A DNA stretch of 64,000 bases from Octopus sinensis (Eukaryota). Made by a program: the position numbers and the translations under genes. The notes beneath the pieces are model-generated. The model had not been told where the DNA came from. It saw only the letters and a list, made by a program, of their open reading frames with translations, and ran no database searches. Below, piece by piece: positions 1 to 13,368 of the stretch. The stretch lies in NCBI RefSeq assembly GCF_006345805.1, contig NC_043000.1:127472001-127536000 (forward strand). Reading direction: 5' to 3'. How positions within the stretch are numbered: the stretch's first letter is position 1; every line of letters begins with the position of its first letter.

Positions 1-518
1 ATCTACAATGTTTTGGGGTTTTTGCTATTATGGCCACATAAAACAATCAATAAAAGCATGGTATGTGCTTCCGAGTCATGTTCATCAGCAAGTGCTGGTT
101 GTGCTTCTTTTTTTTTCTTTTTGATAATATATTCCTAAAACGTTTATATACATTCAAGGAACTTAAAAAGACTAGGTCAAGACCTTCTCATACAAGCACT
201 GAAACTAAATGCTCAGGTAAAAGTTGATGATGAGGAAGAGGAGGATGCAGAAGAAGATGATGATAATGGTAATTATGATGGTAATTAGGATGACCATAAT
301 CTAAAATATGATGATGATCATGATACTGATGGGTTTAGTATGAGGAATATGGTGATAGCGATGATGATGATGATGATGGCGGCAATGACAACAACAATCA
401 AGATGACAGGAGTTAGGATGATGATCATCTAAATTATGGTGAAGATGGTGTGATTACTAAAATGGGGGGGGGGCAGCATCGGCAGCGTCATAGTAGTAGT
501 AGTAAAAATATTTCTTAC

Positions 519-830
519 CTGGTGTTCAACAATTAATCCGTGTATTTTCAAAATCATTTTGTTTGGATCTTCAACAACATCTAAATTTCTCTCCAAATAT
601 TCTTCAGCTTTATATAGCCATTCTGAAAAAGCACCGACTTCTCCAGGTAGACTCCTGTCTAGTTTCAATAACCAGAGATGGATTTTCTTCTGCACAGAGA
701 GCCATCGTTCTTGCAGCATTTTGTAATCTTCCAGTGTAAGCTTCAGAGATTTCTTTGATAAGATTTTCTGTTTCAGACTTCGGTACACTTTGTATTCAAC
801 ATCATACTGGACTTTGAATGCCATGAATTC
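519..830 (-). CDS. SYNE1: SYNE1 homolog spectrin-repeat exon: EFMAFKVQYDVEYKVY...LDRSLPGEVGAFSEWLYKAEE...LIVEHQ
   Basis: gttcttcag|GAATTC...CACCAG|gtaaga; 312 bp, phase 0-0. LDRSLPG...WLYKAE resembles the LDKSLP...WLYRAE motif recalled from vertebrate nesprin-1, supporting nesprin over other CH-spectrin proteins. Confidence 0.93.
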
Positions 831-1044
831 CTGAAGAACAGATGAAAATTCAATTTAAATTATGGTTGTAGGGGTGGCTGTGTGGTTAACAAGCTTACTT
901 CATAACCTTATGGTTTTGGGTTCAGTCCTATTGTGCAGTATGTTGGATAAGTATCTTCTACTCTAGCCTAGGGATGACCAAAGCCTTGTGAGTGAAGTTG
1001 ATAGACAGAAACTAGAAGAAACCTGTCTTATATGTATACATAAT

Positions 1045-1091
<47 letters not shown>

Positions 1092-2034
1092 TGTGTGTGC
1101 CTTTGTCTTGACATTATGTGATGTTTGTGAACAAGCATCACTGTCATACAACTTCGTTTCCAGTCTTCTGTAAAAAATATACCAGGGCATAAGGAAATAT
1201 TACCTTACCTGGAAATGGGTGGGGACTGGTTACAGGATGGGCATCTACCCATAGAAAATCTATTTCAACAGATTTTGTCTGACCCATGTAATCATGGACA
1301 AATAAACATTAAATGTTGTCTGTTTGTTTATTTGTTAGTTTTATGTCCATTTTCCTATGTTTCCATGAAATAGGTGAATATATTATTTTGTGAAAGTTTT
1401 ACAGCTGGATGCTCTTCCTAATGCTAACCTTTACCTACTTTCCAAATAAGATATTTACAAGGTTTGGAAAAATTATAAGATTTTTTGTTGTTGTGTAATT
1501 TCCTTTTTAAAGATGTAAAGTTTCCCAATAAATTTAAATATTGTAAAATTAACTATTGTTGGTTGGGTTGGGTTGGGTTGGGTTGGTGGGGTTGCTTTTC
1601 TTTGGAATGGTACATTTTGATGCTTGCTTCCAAATGTCAAGGTATATCCCCACAGAGGGTGAGAGACTAAAGAATACATATAACATAATAAAACCATTTA
1701 GTAGCATTTAGTAATGTCAACATAACCGATATATCAAAGAATAAGACAAGTAGTAACATTTAGTAAATGTTAACAGTGATAAATATATAAGATAGCTTTT
1801 ATTTTTAGCAGTGAGACAAGTAGAACTCATCTTCCATCAACAGAAATGATAAACCATTATTCCTATGCAACATCTGAATAAGAACATTCTAGTAACTTCT
1901 GGTTATGTCTGCTACTTTCCTAATTAATCAACAAGTTTAATAAAGGCCTCTAGAAAGTAAGAGAATACTGTGACTACTATGACGATATTTCTAAAGTAAT
2001 TATTTATTTATTCATTTATTTAGGATGACTTGTA

Positions 2035-2600
2035 TTGGGTTGTCTGGAAAGTTTGTGCTGATTTATAGTAGCTTACGTTTTGACTTATTTTAAGACATGG
2101 TTGAATCCATAAAATAGGATTTGACTACACCTCCATTTAGAGCATAGTTTAAGCTATCTTCTCATGGAAGAAGGTTTATGTTCCTATAACCTGTGTTAAT
2201 TCTGTAACCCTTTAAAATGGAATATAAGAAAGTTCATTTTCGGCACTTGATGCTTTGGAAACCAGACAAAAATTGCTGCAGCTCAGCTAGGATGTGTTTC
2301 CCACCCTCCATATTCACCAGATATTGCTCCTTCAGATTTCCACTTATTCAGGTCTCTGCAGAATAGTCTTAATGGTAAAAATTTCAATTTCTTTGGATGA
2401 CATAAAAAGATACCTTGATGAATTCTTTGCCATGAAACCACCTCAATTCTTGGAAGAGGGCATTTTCAAGTTAAAGGAAAGATGGAGACGCACTGTGCAA
2501 CAAAATGGTTCATATTTGGTTGATTAAAAATGTAATGGGTAGTATTTATTGACCTTTTTCTTTCCTTTAAAAATTGGCCCGAACTTTCCAGACAACCCAA
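2035..2600 (+). mobile_element. Internally deleted mariner element
   Basis: TA-flanked TIRs ttgggttgtctggaaagtt / aactttccagacaacccaa; transposase C-terminus HPPYSPDIAPSDFHLFRSLQNSLNG...KLKERW (frameshifted). Confidence 0.92.
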
Positions 2601-5588
2601 TAGATACATGTTTCTTTTTTTTTAAACTTTACACACTGAAAGCTTACTAAACCAGATGTTTGTGTTGAGCTTTCAAATAGTGAAGAGCTTCAGAAAAATG
2701 GGGAAGAGGATGGGCAGTTTAACTCAACTGAGCAGACAAAGGAACATCTTTGTGTCCATCTCCTTCGAATCACACTCTACTATATGAGAAAAAGAAGGAT
2801 AATGTTATACTAGATACATTATGGTTAGTCCACATTACTCTGTAAGGAACATAGAGCTGGTTTCCCAGTTTCTCTGGCATATGTAATTCCTCTCTGAATG
2901 GGAGCCAAGTGGACTATAGCAGTGTGAAATTAAATATTTTGCCCCAGAATATAATACATTGCCAGGTCCATGAATCAAAACCACAGTTGGCTGGGTGCTC
3001 TCCCTAACACCAACCACTTAACAGTGCGTGCTGGGGGCTTTTTGCACTGTTTTTACTTATAGATGAAGAGTAAGATCCCCAGATATTACATTCTTCACTC
3101 TTCGCAGCAACTGAATTCATCAAACAACTAACTGGCACTGACAAAAACCATCACAAATTTCTCCAGACTCCAGATTTCTACCCAATATTCTCTATAGAAG
3201 TACAAGAGGAGAAAATACATAATATACTACAATAAAATCATGTTCCATAACACTGGATTGCTTAGCTTAGTACAAGAATCTTTATCTTTATGTAGTGATT
3301 AAAGTAAAAAATATGCTTTGTCTAGCCCTATAAAACTATGTGAGAACACTAATTATACAGAAAAATAAAATACACCTCATTATGGTGCATATTTACTGGC
3401 AGGTAGTCACGATCATTGCAAATGAATTTTCTATGATCATCTCACATCTTAATGAAAGTAAGACTATGTAGTTCACTTGAAGCAATGTTATTGAAGTGTC
3501 ACGAAAGAATGCCAGACAAAAGCCATCACATGATGAAGAATGAGAAAAATAAATTTATTCATTTATTCACTATTTTTCTATAATGACTTCTAATTGTAAA
3601 ATCAAGCATTTATAATTTTAATTTTTCAGTAAAATCTTTTTTTTTCTCTCTCTAATTTCATTATTTCATTTTAAAATTTAGCAACAGATACTGAATAAAA
3701 GTATTTTTCCTTTTTCTTCAGTATTTTGCTTCCCTGAATAGCAATTCCTTGGAACTCCCAGCTGGCTCAAGTTTTCCCCACAGACATCAACCAACAGAAA
3801 TGCTATAATAACAACCTAACCAGTCTGGAAGTAACTCTCAAGTCTGAGAACCACCCGCATCCTCAGATTAAAATTAAAAATTGTGATCTCCAAAGACTGC
3901 ATTATGTTAATTGTCTATATTTACTTCATGGTCTATATTAACTACATTGTCTATATTATCTTTATGGTCTATATTAATACCATCAGTTCATCATCTCTAT
4001 AAACTACTCAAAGATCTTACAGTCTGTTATGTTAGACATTAGTATAAATGAAGTTTTGACTTATCTACTACATATGTGGAAAATCGGTGTGTGTTTGCTT
4101 GTGTTGTCGTTAGCTAATTCCTCCTACATCGTTTTATTGATTTTGATGAAACTTGACACGTGAATAGAGTTCATGTCTGAAAACTTCGTGACATACTTAG
4201 ATTGTTGAAAAACATCGATAATACAGCCCCTGGAAGGGATCTTTATATCTACCTCATATAACTATTTTTTTAAACATCCAAGGGAAATAACTCATAGCAC
4301 CTGCACTTACAATTGTTAGTTTTTAGCAAAGCAATCAATATATGATTCTCACGATCAGCAGACCTAATTCTGCATTTCACTACTCAGTTTTCAACTGCTA
4401 AACCTTATTATTGCACTTTCTTGATTCATGTATACTTTCAATGCCCATAACTCCAATGATTCTGCATTTTTTCAGTTAAAATTTTTTGATGACAGTACAT
4501 AAATTTTTGATTCCAGAATGTATTTAATAAGTGTGTCCCAATACAGTGAACTCATACTTTGAATGCTTAAAATTCTTAAAAAATGAAACCAAACTTCCAC
4601 ACCACATTCAGTTGAGACACCCTGTATCACATACTTATTTTGCAAATCATATTTATTGCTTATTTACAGTTCATACATTTTCATGAAATTTAGAAATATT
4701 TTACAGGTTTCATTGTTTATATTCAATTATTTTGAATATTGATTTTTTGTGTGTCCAATTTCTAATCTTTGCAGACAATATCACATTTATACTTTATTTG
4801 ATACATGAGTAGAACTCCTGTCTGGAAACCTCGTGACATACTTAGATTGTTGAAAAAAATTGATAATAGGACCCTCCAATGGATCCTTCTATCTACTACA
4901 TATTACTAATATTTTATTTAAATAACTCAAAGGAAATAACCCATATCACCTGGAGTTTTTAGCAAAGTGATCAATATTTGATTCTCACGATCAACCAACC
5001 TAATTCTGCATTTCACTACTTAGTTTTGAACTGCTAAGCATTATTATTGCACTTCCTTGATTTGAATTTTAACCCTTAAAGACCTCATTCATACATTTCT
5101 ATACATATATACTTTTTTGAATGCCCATTACTCAGATAATTCTGCATTTTCCATGAAAGTAGATAAATTTTTTATTCCACAATGTATTTGTAGTGGCTTC
5201 ATGCAAGTATAGCATGGATTTGATCCTCGATTGCCAAATTTCACTTAACACTTCAACAGCGCTTTTCTCATGGTAAAACAATAGTTTTTCTGTGAATGAC
5301 AGCAGTTATACATTTCCAAGATGCCTTCACTAAGCAGAATAATGTCTTTGCCACTTGACCCTTCTAACCTCTTCTAGGCTACCAGGGGCTGGAATGGAGA
5401 AAACAGACCTCCAACGAAATCATTTGTTCTCAACAATATGTCTATCCTTCTGGCTGCTTTTCCATAGTTATAAAAACAAGAACTCCATAAGCTACAGGCA
5501 GTTACTGAGAGTGACCATCAGTGAGTGTGAACTTTATTATTGCACTGCACTTTCTTCATTTCATTCTTAAACATTAAACACTTCATTT

Positions 5589-5659
<71 letters not shown>

Positions 5660-6674
5660 CTACATTTCTATATTATCTTTAATAAATTAGCCTTCATAAA
5701 GTTCAGATTTAAAATGCCATGATGAGTCAGAGTACTTTCTTGCCAACCTCCAACAATTTCTCCCTCCTCCAGCTGACAGTTTTTGTACTTTTTCGCAATG
5801 GAAAATAACCTTTCATGGCAGTTCTAACGAAATTGCTTTCTTATATCGGAGTAATTAGGCATTTCAATAGAACATCTTTACCCCCAGGAATTACCGAGTA
5901 CACTAGCTAGTAATAAATACACGAATGAGCCATGAGGTATCAAATACATGAGTCAAAGTGTGAAATTCTACATTGTGACTCTATCTGGTAGAAATAACTG
6001 AAATTTCACTCAAATTTTAACATCATCATCATTTAACATTTTCCCATGCTTGTATAGGTTGGACAACATGAACTGATGAGTCAGAATTCCAATGTCTACT
6101 TTGGTATGATTTCTACCAGCTTAAAAACAAAGGACACATTGGACAAGATACTCCTGGATATATACAAAATCATCATAGTCAAGGTTAAAAGTCCTCAGTT
6201 CATAGATATACTTGATCACTGCTGATCATGAACTAAACAATGACAAGGTATTAACTTAATTTATTATATAAATGTTAAACCTTTTGTTACTTATATTTCT
6301 ATTGAAACACACTAACTTCATTTCAAATAATTTTTTAAATGAGGAAAAATTTAATGAAATACTTGACAACAGCTTGATAATGGCTACATTCATCATTGTC
6401 ATTGTCATCATTATCATCATTGGAAGATGAATGTTAAACGATGATGAGGATGATGATGATGATGAACTTATTTATTATCAAGCTGCTGTCTGGAACATAA
6501 ATTAACATGAAATTTCAATGATAGGTCTTCATTTAGATCCTTTGAAACAGAAAGTTTCCGTCAGAGAATTAGGGGAAGTCTCAGGAGGATCAGCATCGAA
6601 AGGGTTAAAAGTGTATAAAAATATCACTTCTAAACAAAATGGCAAAAGCAAAAATGTTTTAAAACAAGTCTCAC

Positions 6675-6815
6675 CAGGTATTCTGGATCACGATCAGTGA
6701 GTGGTTGATAAATGATCTGCAGGATTTCCTCTGCGGATTCTAACCATTTTAAGAGATCTTGGAATTGTTGGAGTTCAGCCTCAGGGGTATTGGCAGATTT
6801 ACGTTTTTTCCTCAC
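6675..6815 (-). CDS. SYNE1: SYNE1 homolog exon after CH2: VRKKRKSANTPEAELQQFQDLLKWLESAEEILQIIYQPLTDRDPEYL
   Basis: gtttattttcag|GTGAGG...TACCTG|gtgaga; 141 bp, phase 0-0, open frame; spectrin-repeat-like helix with W. Confidence 0.88.
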
Positions 6816-9780
6816 CTGAAAATAAACAAAGGAAATTATAAATTTAAATATGTAAACACATTTTAATAGGTGCAGGCATGGTTAGGTGTTTAAGAAGTTT
6901 GTTTCCCAACCATGTCTTTTCAGGTTCAGTCCTGCTGCATGGCACCTTGGAAAAGTGTTTTCCACTATAGCCCCAAACTTTTGAATGGATTTGGAAGAGA
7001 GAAACTGAAAGAAGCCTGTCATGTGTGTGTATGCCTTCTTATCTTCATGTCACATGATAGTTGTAAATGAGTGTCACCATCATACAAGCAATGTCGTTCA
7101 TTTCCAGTCTTTTATGGAAACATGCCTTGTCATGAGGAAATATTACTTTGCTAGAAAACAAATGAAAGTTGGCAACAGGAAGGGCATCTGGTCACAGAAA
7201 ATCTAGCTCAGAGAGTTCTGTTTGAGTTCTTCAAGCATGGAAAAGTGGACATTCAAATGATGACAGTTTTTTAAATTTTAGATAAAATCATGGAGAGAGT
7301 ATTTTTAAAATGGCTCAATATTCAGGGACAAATTAACCTAATATCACTACATCACCAACCTTGGCTGTTTATTCTATAGCTGTAAGATGATGATGATGAT
7401 GATGATGATGCAAACAACATCATTAAAGATGGTGTTGGTGATGGTGACAAAATACAAACCCGGTTGGAAAGTTTCTCAAATAAATCAATTCATTTAAGTG
7501 TCACAACAGATCATCATTATCATCATCATCATCATTTAACATCTGGCCTCCATGCTGGCATGAGTTAGATGGTTTGACAGGGTCTGACAATTTGGAAGAC
7601 TGCATCACACTCCAATGTCTTCTTTGGTATGGTTTCTAAACCTTGATGTTTCTCCTAATATCAGCCACTTTACAGAGTATGCTAAATGATTTTTTTCATG
7701 GCACTAGCACTAATGATGATTGCCTCATAATTGGCAAGGCTAAGGGCCTAAAGTGACCCTATAAAAGAGAGAGAATAGAAGAGAGGATGGGCAATGACTC
7801 TAGGAAGAGAGGAAGTAAGAGGGGAAGCTGGAGGAGTATGACAAGGGAAAGGATTAGTGACAGAGTTGAGAAAAAGATAGGGGTAGAGTTGAAAAGGCGA
7901 TAAAAGTGAGTTGTGTAAAGGAAAGGGTGAATGAATTAAGGGTCAGGGAAAAGCAAATTGTCAGAAGGCCGTATATACAGTCAATGCCAAGCTAGGTCAT
8001 GCACTTCACAATATTTGGTTCAGTGCATTACTAGGGTGAAAGATAGAAAGAATTAACTTGAGATTTCATTTCAACAAAATCAGTAAATAAATTAATTAAA
8101 CTCTGCTAGACACAAGAGAAATATTTTCTCCAAGACTGCCGCTAGAAGTTGACAGGAGATAAAAAAAAATGAGAAAAAAAAAAGACTTTGTGATTAATTG
8201 ATTCTGTAATTACACATCTAACTGAACAGCAGGAAATGTTTAGGAAAACAGAGGAGTGTTATTAAAAAGTTTATATTCAAAGAATGGCTGATGTTTTTGA
8301 GGGCTTCGCCTAGCTTTCATGAATGGTCACAAGAGAATTTCTATAAAACATCAAACAAAATGAAATTTATTCTAATCTAGTTGCTGTCATCAACATTGCT
8401 GTCACTTTCATCATAGTCATCACTGTCATCATCATCATCATCATCATCATCAATATCATCATCATCATCAATATCATCATCGTTACCATTACCAATATTG
8501 TCATCATTATCAACATCATCATTGTTGCCATCATCATCATCATCATCACCAACATCATCGTTTGAATGTTCACTTTCCCATGCTTGTAGCGGTCAGATGG
8601 AATTCATTGAAGCAAACTTTCTATGGCTGCATGCTCTCCCTGTCACCAACCCTTATCTACTTCCATACATATAATAATCCCTAAGTCTATCAAACTAAAA
8701 AAAAAACAGTCAAAACATTAATTACACACACAGTGAAATGAAAACAAATGACATTAACTGAATGAGTCCCTTGTTTACAAAGAATATGCAACTATAACTG
8801 CAGGCCGACCAAAATCTTGTGACCGAAACTGGTAATTCCAAACTGAAGAAGCCTGGCATGTGTGTGTGTGTCCATGTGTGTGCAAATGTGTGTTTGTACA
8901 TGTGTGTTTGTGTATGTGTGTATGTGTGTGTGTGCATGCAGGTTTGTGTGTGCATGCAGGCTTGTGTGTGTTTGTGTGAATCAATTCATACTACTCCTCA
9001 TTTTGATGTGTGTTTGCTGACTGCAAGCAATCAGCTGCGATGGCATGTTCAGGCCTCTTGACACCACCAGTTGATTGCAAGCGAAGGATAACACCTGTAT
9101 TGATAGTGAGAATGTTGTTTACAGTCAGCAAAGACACATAAAAACGAGGGGTAATATGAACTGACACACACACAAACACACACAAGCATGCATGCACACA
9201 CACACACACACACAAGCATGCATGCACAAACACACAAGGATGCATGCACACACACATGCATGCATATGCACAAACACGCACTTACATATTTATGCCAAGA
9301 TTCTTCTGTTAGTAATTACTAATTTCACTCACACAGTTCTGGTCAACCTGCAGCTAAATAATATAGGACATTAGCCAACAATATCCGTGTTGTGGCACTG
9401 AAGCCCTAATGGTTCTGAAATCTACTTCTTAACCATACACCTATGCTTGTACATAATCATCATCGTTTAATGTCTGCTTTCCATGCTGGCATGGGTTGGA
9501 TGGTTTGACTTAGGACTAGCAAACAAGCAGCTGCACCTGACTTCAATCTTATCTGGCAAGGTTTCAACAGCTGGATGCCCTTCCTAATGCCAACCACTCC
9601 GAGAATGTAATGGGCACTTTTTCATGCCACTGGCACGGGAGCCAGTCAGGGAGCACTGGCATCAACCACATTTGGTTGTTGCTTTTTATGTGCCACCGGC
9701 ACAATTTATGTGGATATAAATCAAAAACAATGATCAAAGGTCCTTCCTGAGCCATGGATTCAGTTTCCCAGATGTTGTGA

Positions 9781-9817
<37 letters not shown>

Positions 9818-10436
9818 GTTTAACGTCCGTTTTCCGCGCTAGCACGGGTTGGACGGTTTGACCGGGGTCTGGGAAGCCAGAGGCCTCTCCAGGCTCCAGT
9901 CTGATCTGGCAGAGTTTCTACGGCTGGATGCCCTTCCTAACGCCAACCACTCCGCGAGTGGATTGGGTGCTTTTTACGTGCCACCTGCACAGGGGCCGGG
10001 GGGTCCGGCATCGGTCACGATCGGTTCGAGCTTTTTCTAGAGTTGAGTTGGGGGGGGTCTTGCTGAAAAAGGTTCCACCAGTGGAAAGAGAGGGAGAGAT
10101 AGTGGGGGGGTGCAGGTAATAAAGGGAAGCACCAGTGGGGAAGGTTGGGTAAGGAGGAACGATGACAAGGAAAGGGTTGGTGCAGAAGAAATAAAAACGT
10201 AGGATATCACGAGACAGGGAGGGGGACTGGAAGGAGATGGTCGGATTGAGGCAGTGCCAGATTCTAAACAGGAGGTAACGTAAGATCAGTGGGGCAGTTA
10301 ATGAGCTGCGGTGCTAGCAGCTTGACTTGGTGGGGGGAAGGGGTAGTACACAGTGAAAGCATATGTGAAGGAGGGGTAGGAGGGAGAGACACACGCAATG
10401 GTGGTGGGGGATGAGGAGGGCATATCCGGTGTAGAT

Positions 10437-10770
10437 GGTGAGAAGTGTTCACCGGTATTGGTGGTGAGATGTGTTCACCAGTATTGGTGGTGGGAGTGGT
10501 GAGAAGTGTTCACCGGTATTGGTGGTGAGAAGTGTTTACCGGTATTGGTGGTGAGAAGTGTTCACCGGTATTGGTGGTGGGGGTGAGAAGTGTTCACCGG
10601 TATTGGTGGTGAGAAGTATTCACCGGTATTGGTGGTGGGGGTGGTGAGAAGTGTTCACCGGTATTGGTGGTGAGAAGTGTTCACCGGTATTGGTGGTGGG
10701 GGTGGTGAGAAGTGTTCACCGGTATTGGTGGTGGGGGTGAGAAGTGTTCACCGGTATTGGTGGTGGGGGT
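10437..10770 (+). repeat. G-rich minisatellite, 11 copies of a 26-bp core ggtgagaagtgttcaccggtattggt with variable GGT/GGG spacers
   Basis: Counted directly. Confidence 0.95.
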
Positions 10771-12437
10771 GGGAGGGCGGGGGCGCCGCCGAATGGCGGA
10801 AAAGATGGAAATTAAGGATTGAAGGATTAAAGGGTTAAATTTCGTAGAGAAAAGATAGGAAAAACGAAGCAGTTATTGTATGAGTACAGACGTTTAACAA
10901 TAGTAACGAATGAGGTACGAAAGATAATGGGATAAAATGTTTTTGCAACTTGCTGCGAATATGAAAGCCGGAAGCCGCTGTTGGAGAAGAAAGGAAGTCT
11001 AAAAATTGGGAACCGTAAATCGTAATGGCGACTAAGAAGAAGAAGAAGAAGAAGAAAAGAAGAAGACGAATGGCGGAAAAGATGGAAATTAAGGATTGAA
11101 GGATTAAAGGGTTAAATTTCGTAGAGAAAAGATAGGAAAAACGAAGCAATATATTCCTCCACTGAACAGGACACTGGTTTGTTGCAGGATTACTCATTTT
11201 TGCCAGCTGAGTGGAGTGGAGCAATGTACAATGAAGTGTTTTGTTCAAGAACACAATGCATTAACCAATCCAGCAATCAAAACCACAATCTAAAACCACA
11301 AGAGCAACATCCTAACCACCAAACCATGTCTCTCACCTGGTTGTAAATAATTATATACATTCATTGGTGTTCATCTATTTTTTACATTCTGCTAAAATAC
11401 AACAGTACACTTCAGAAAAATACCTCATCAAAACACATGAAGATGAAACTTATTTTCCACAGGAGTAAATTTAAAAGCTTCTTCTACCAGCTTTTAACTA
11501 GCTTCATCTCTGACACTATTTATGTCACACAAGTAAGAGCATTCAGCTATGGCTCTGATTCAGCTAATTGGTCAGTTTTTTACTTTATGTCTAATCCTTT
11601 GAATCTGCAAGTATGCTTTATCAGACGCAGCTTCATTTGATTATACCAGTGGTATTCAACTGGGGTTCATATGGCCTTTAGTGGCCCATATAAGATTTTG
11701 TAAAAATTTATCTGCAATAAATTAGTTATACTTATACAATACACAAAAATATTTTATCAATTTTTTTATGCAATTCCTAATAATATTTAATTATAAAAAT
11801 TGTTGGTTGCTATAGTTAGTAATAAACATTTAATGATTGCAGTTCCCTTGATGTAAATACAGATTGTGGTTCTGTTGCTTTAAGCAATTAATGATTGGAT
11901 ACTTGCAACTGATGAAGCCCAATGAGGCAGAAATACATATTTAGCAATGCCACCAATGCTGCTAGATGATTTTCATCTACTACTGTCACATAGAAAAGCA
12001 CCCATGCTGGTACCACATAAAAAGTATCCATGCCAGTATCACAGAAAAGCACCTGTGCCAATGTTACATATAAAGCACCAGTGCTGGTGCCACACATAAA
12101 GCATCCATGCTTGTGCCACATAAAAATCACTGAGAAAACTCTGTAAAATGGTTGACATTAAGAAGGGCATCCAGCTGCAGAAAACATTCCAAAACAGACA
12201 ATCGGAGCCTGAGCAATTCCTGTCAAACTGTCCAACACATGCCAGCATGGAAAAACAGATGGTGATGATGATGATGACAAATACCACAGCTTATCAGGCT
12301 TTTTACAATGTATCTACTTAAAGTATCATACCCAGATTGCTTAGAGATTGCAGTTCCCTTGATGTAAACACTTGAACACTTAATAAGTGTGGGTCTTTTA
12401 ATATGCAACCAATGATAAAGAAATAACTTGTACTTAC

Positions 12438-12529
12438 TTCGGGATCTTCTCCAGCTTCAGGATAAGCCTTAAGAAATTGTGCAACGTATGTCATGATGGA
12501 TTTCTCGTCGGGTTTTGGTACGTCAACAT
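12438..12529 (-). CDS. SYNE1: SYNE1 homolog CH2 C-terminal exon: (D)VDVPKPDEKSIMTYVAQFLKAYPEAGEDPE
   Basis: tattcacttatag|ATGTTG...CCCGAA|gtaagt; 92 bp, phase 1 to 0; motif PDEKSIMTYVAQF. Confidence 0.98.
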
Positions 12530-12586
12530 CTATAAGTGAATAAAGAGATGCAAAACAATTATAACTCTGACACAAAACAATCCTAA

Positions 12587-13003
12587 AGGCGCAGGTGTAA
12601 CTGTGTGGTAAGAAGTTGGGTTCCCAACCACATGGGTCCAGGTTCAGTCCCACTGTATGGCATCTTGAGTAAGTGTCTTCTACTATAGCCTCGAGTCAAC
12701 CAAAGCCTTGTGAGTGGATTTGGTAGACAGAAACTGAAAGAAGCCCCTCATATGTAGATATGTGTGTGTGTGTGTCTGTCTGTGCCTGTATGTCTTTGTT
12801 TGTCCCCCATCACCGCTTGACAACCAGTGTTAATGTGTTTATGTCCCCGTAACTTAACAGTTCAGCAAAAAGAGACTAAGTACTAGAACAAGTATTAGGC
12901 TTAAGAAATAAGTCCTGGGATCAATTTGTTCAACTAAAAAACACTTCAAAGTAGTGCTCCAGCATGGCCACAGTTAAATGACAGAAACAAATAAAAGCAT
13001 AAA
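12587..13003 (+). mobile_element. SINE family B (tRNA-like head ggcgcaggtgtggctgtgtggtaag...ggttcagtccc, central (GT)n)
   Basis: A/B-box-like head; other copies at ~866-1320, 6865-7260, 15678-16212, 43870-44190, 57672-58029, 61431-61824(-). Confidence 0.85.
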
Positions 13004-13089
13004 AGAAAAGAATTTCTTTCATTCATTTTGCCAATGTGATTAGCAATTCGGTCGTGGTCTTCGTCCTTGTTTAAGCTCTTGTAACCAAG

Positions 13090-13334
13090 TGACAAGGATG
13101 AGTGACTGCGAGTGTAAGTATGAGTGTGACTGTGCATGAGTGTGTGAATATGCAGAGTTGTATGTGTATGCGTAAGTGCAAGTATCAGAGTGTGTATATG
13201 TATGAATGTGTGTATGTGAGTAAATGCATGTGCATGAGAGAGCAGTGTGTATGTACGTGTGATTTGGTGTGAGTTTGTATGTATATTGTGTGTGCGTGTT
13301 TGTACATGGGTGAGTGTGTGTGTGTGTGTGTGTC

Positions 13335-13368
<34 letters not shown>

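Noticed and set aside
429-824. ORF-track start and end points for nesprin exons
   Set aside because: ORFs run into introns and use non-ATG starts; splice-site-defined boundaries were used instead.
1197-1215. ataccttacctgg resembling the U1 snRNA 5' end or a minus-strand donor
   Set aside because: Lies inside a SINE B variant; no further U1 similarity and no plausible exon.
10437-10770. Regularly repeated palindromic 26-bp units resembling a CRISPR array
   Set aside because: No unique spacers, no cas genes, eukaryotic intron context; it is a minisatellite.
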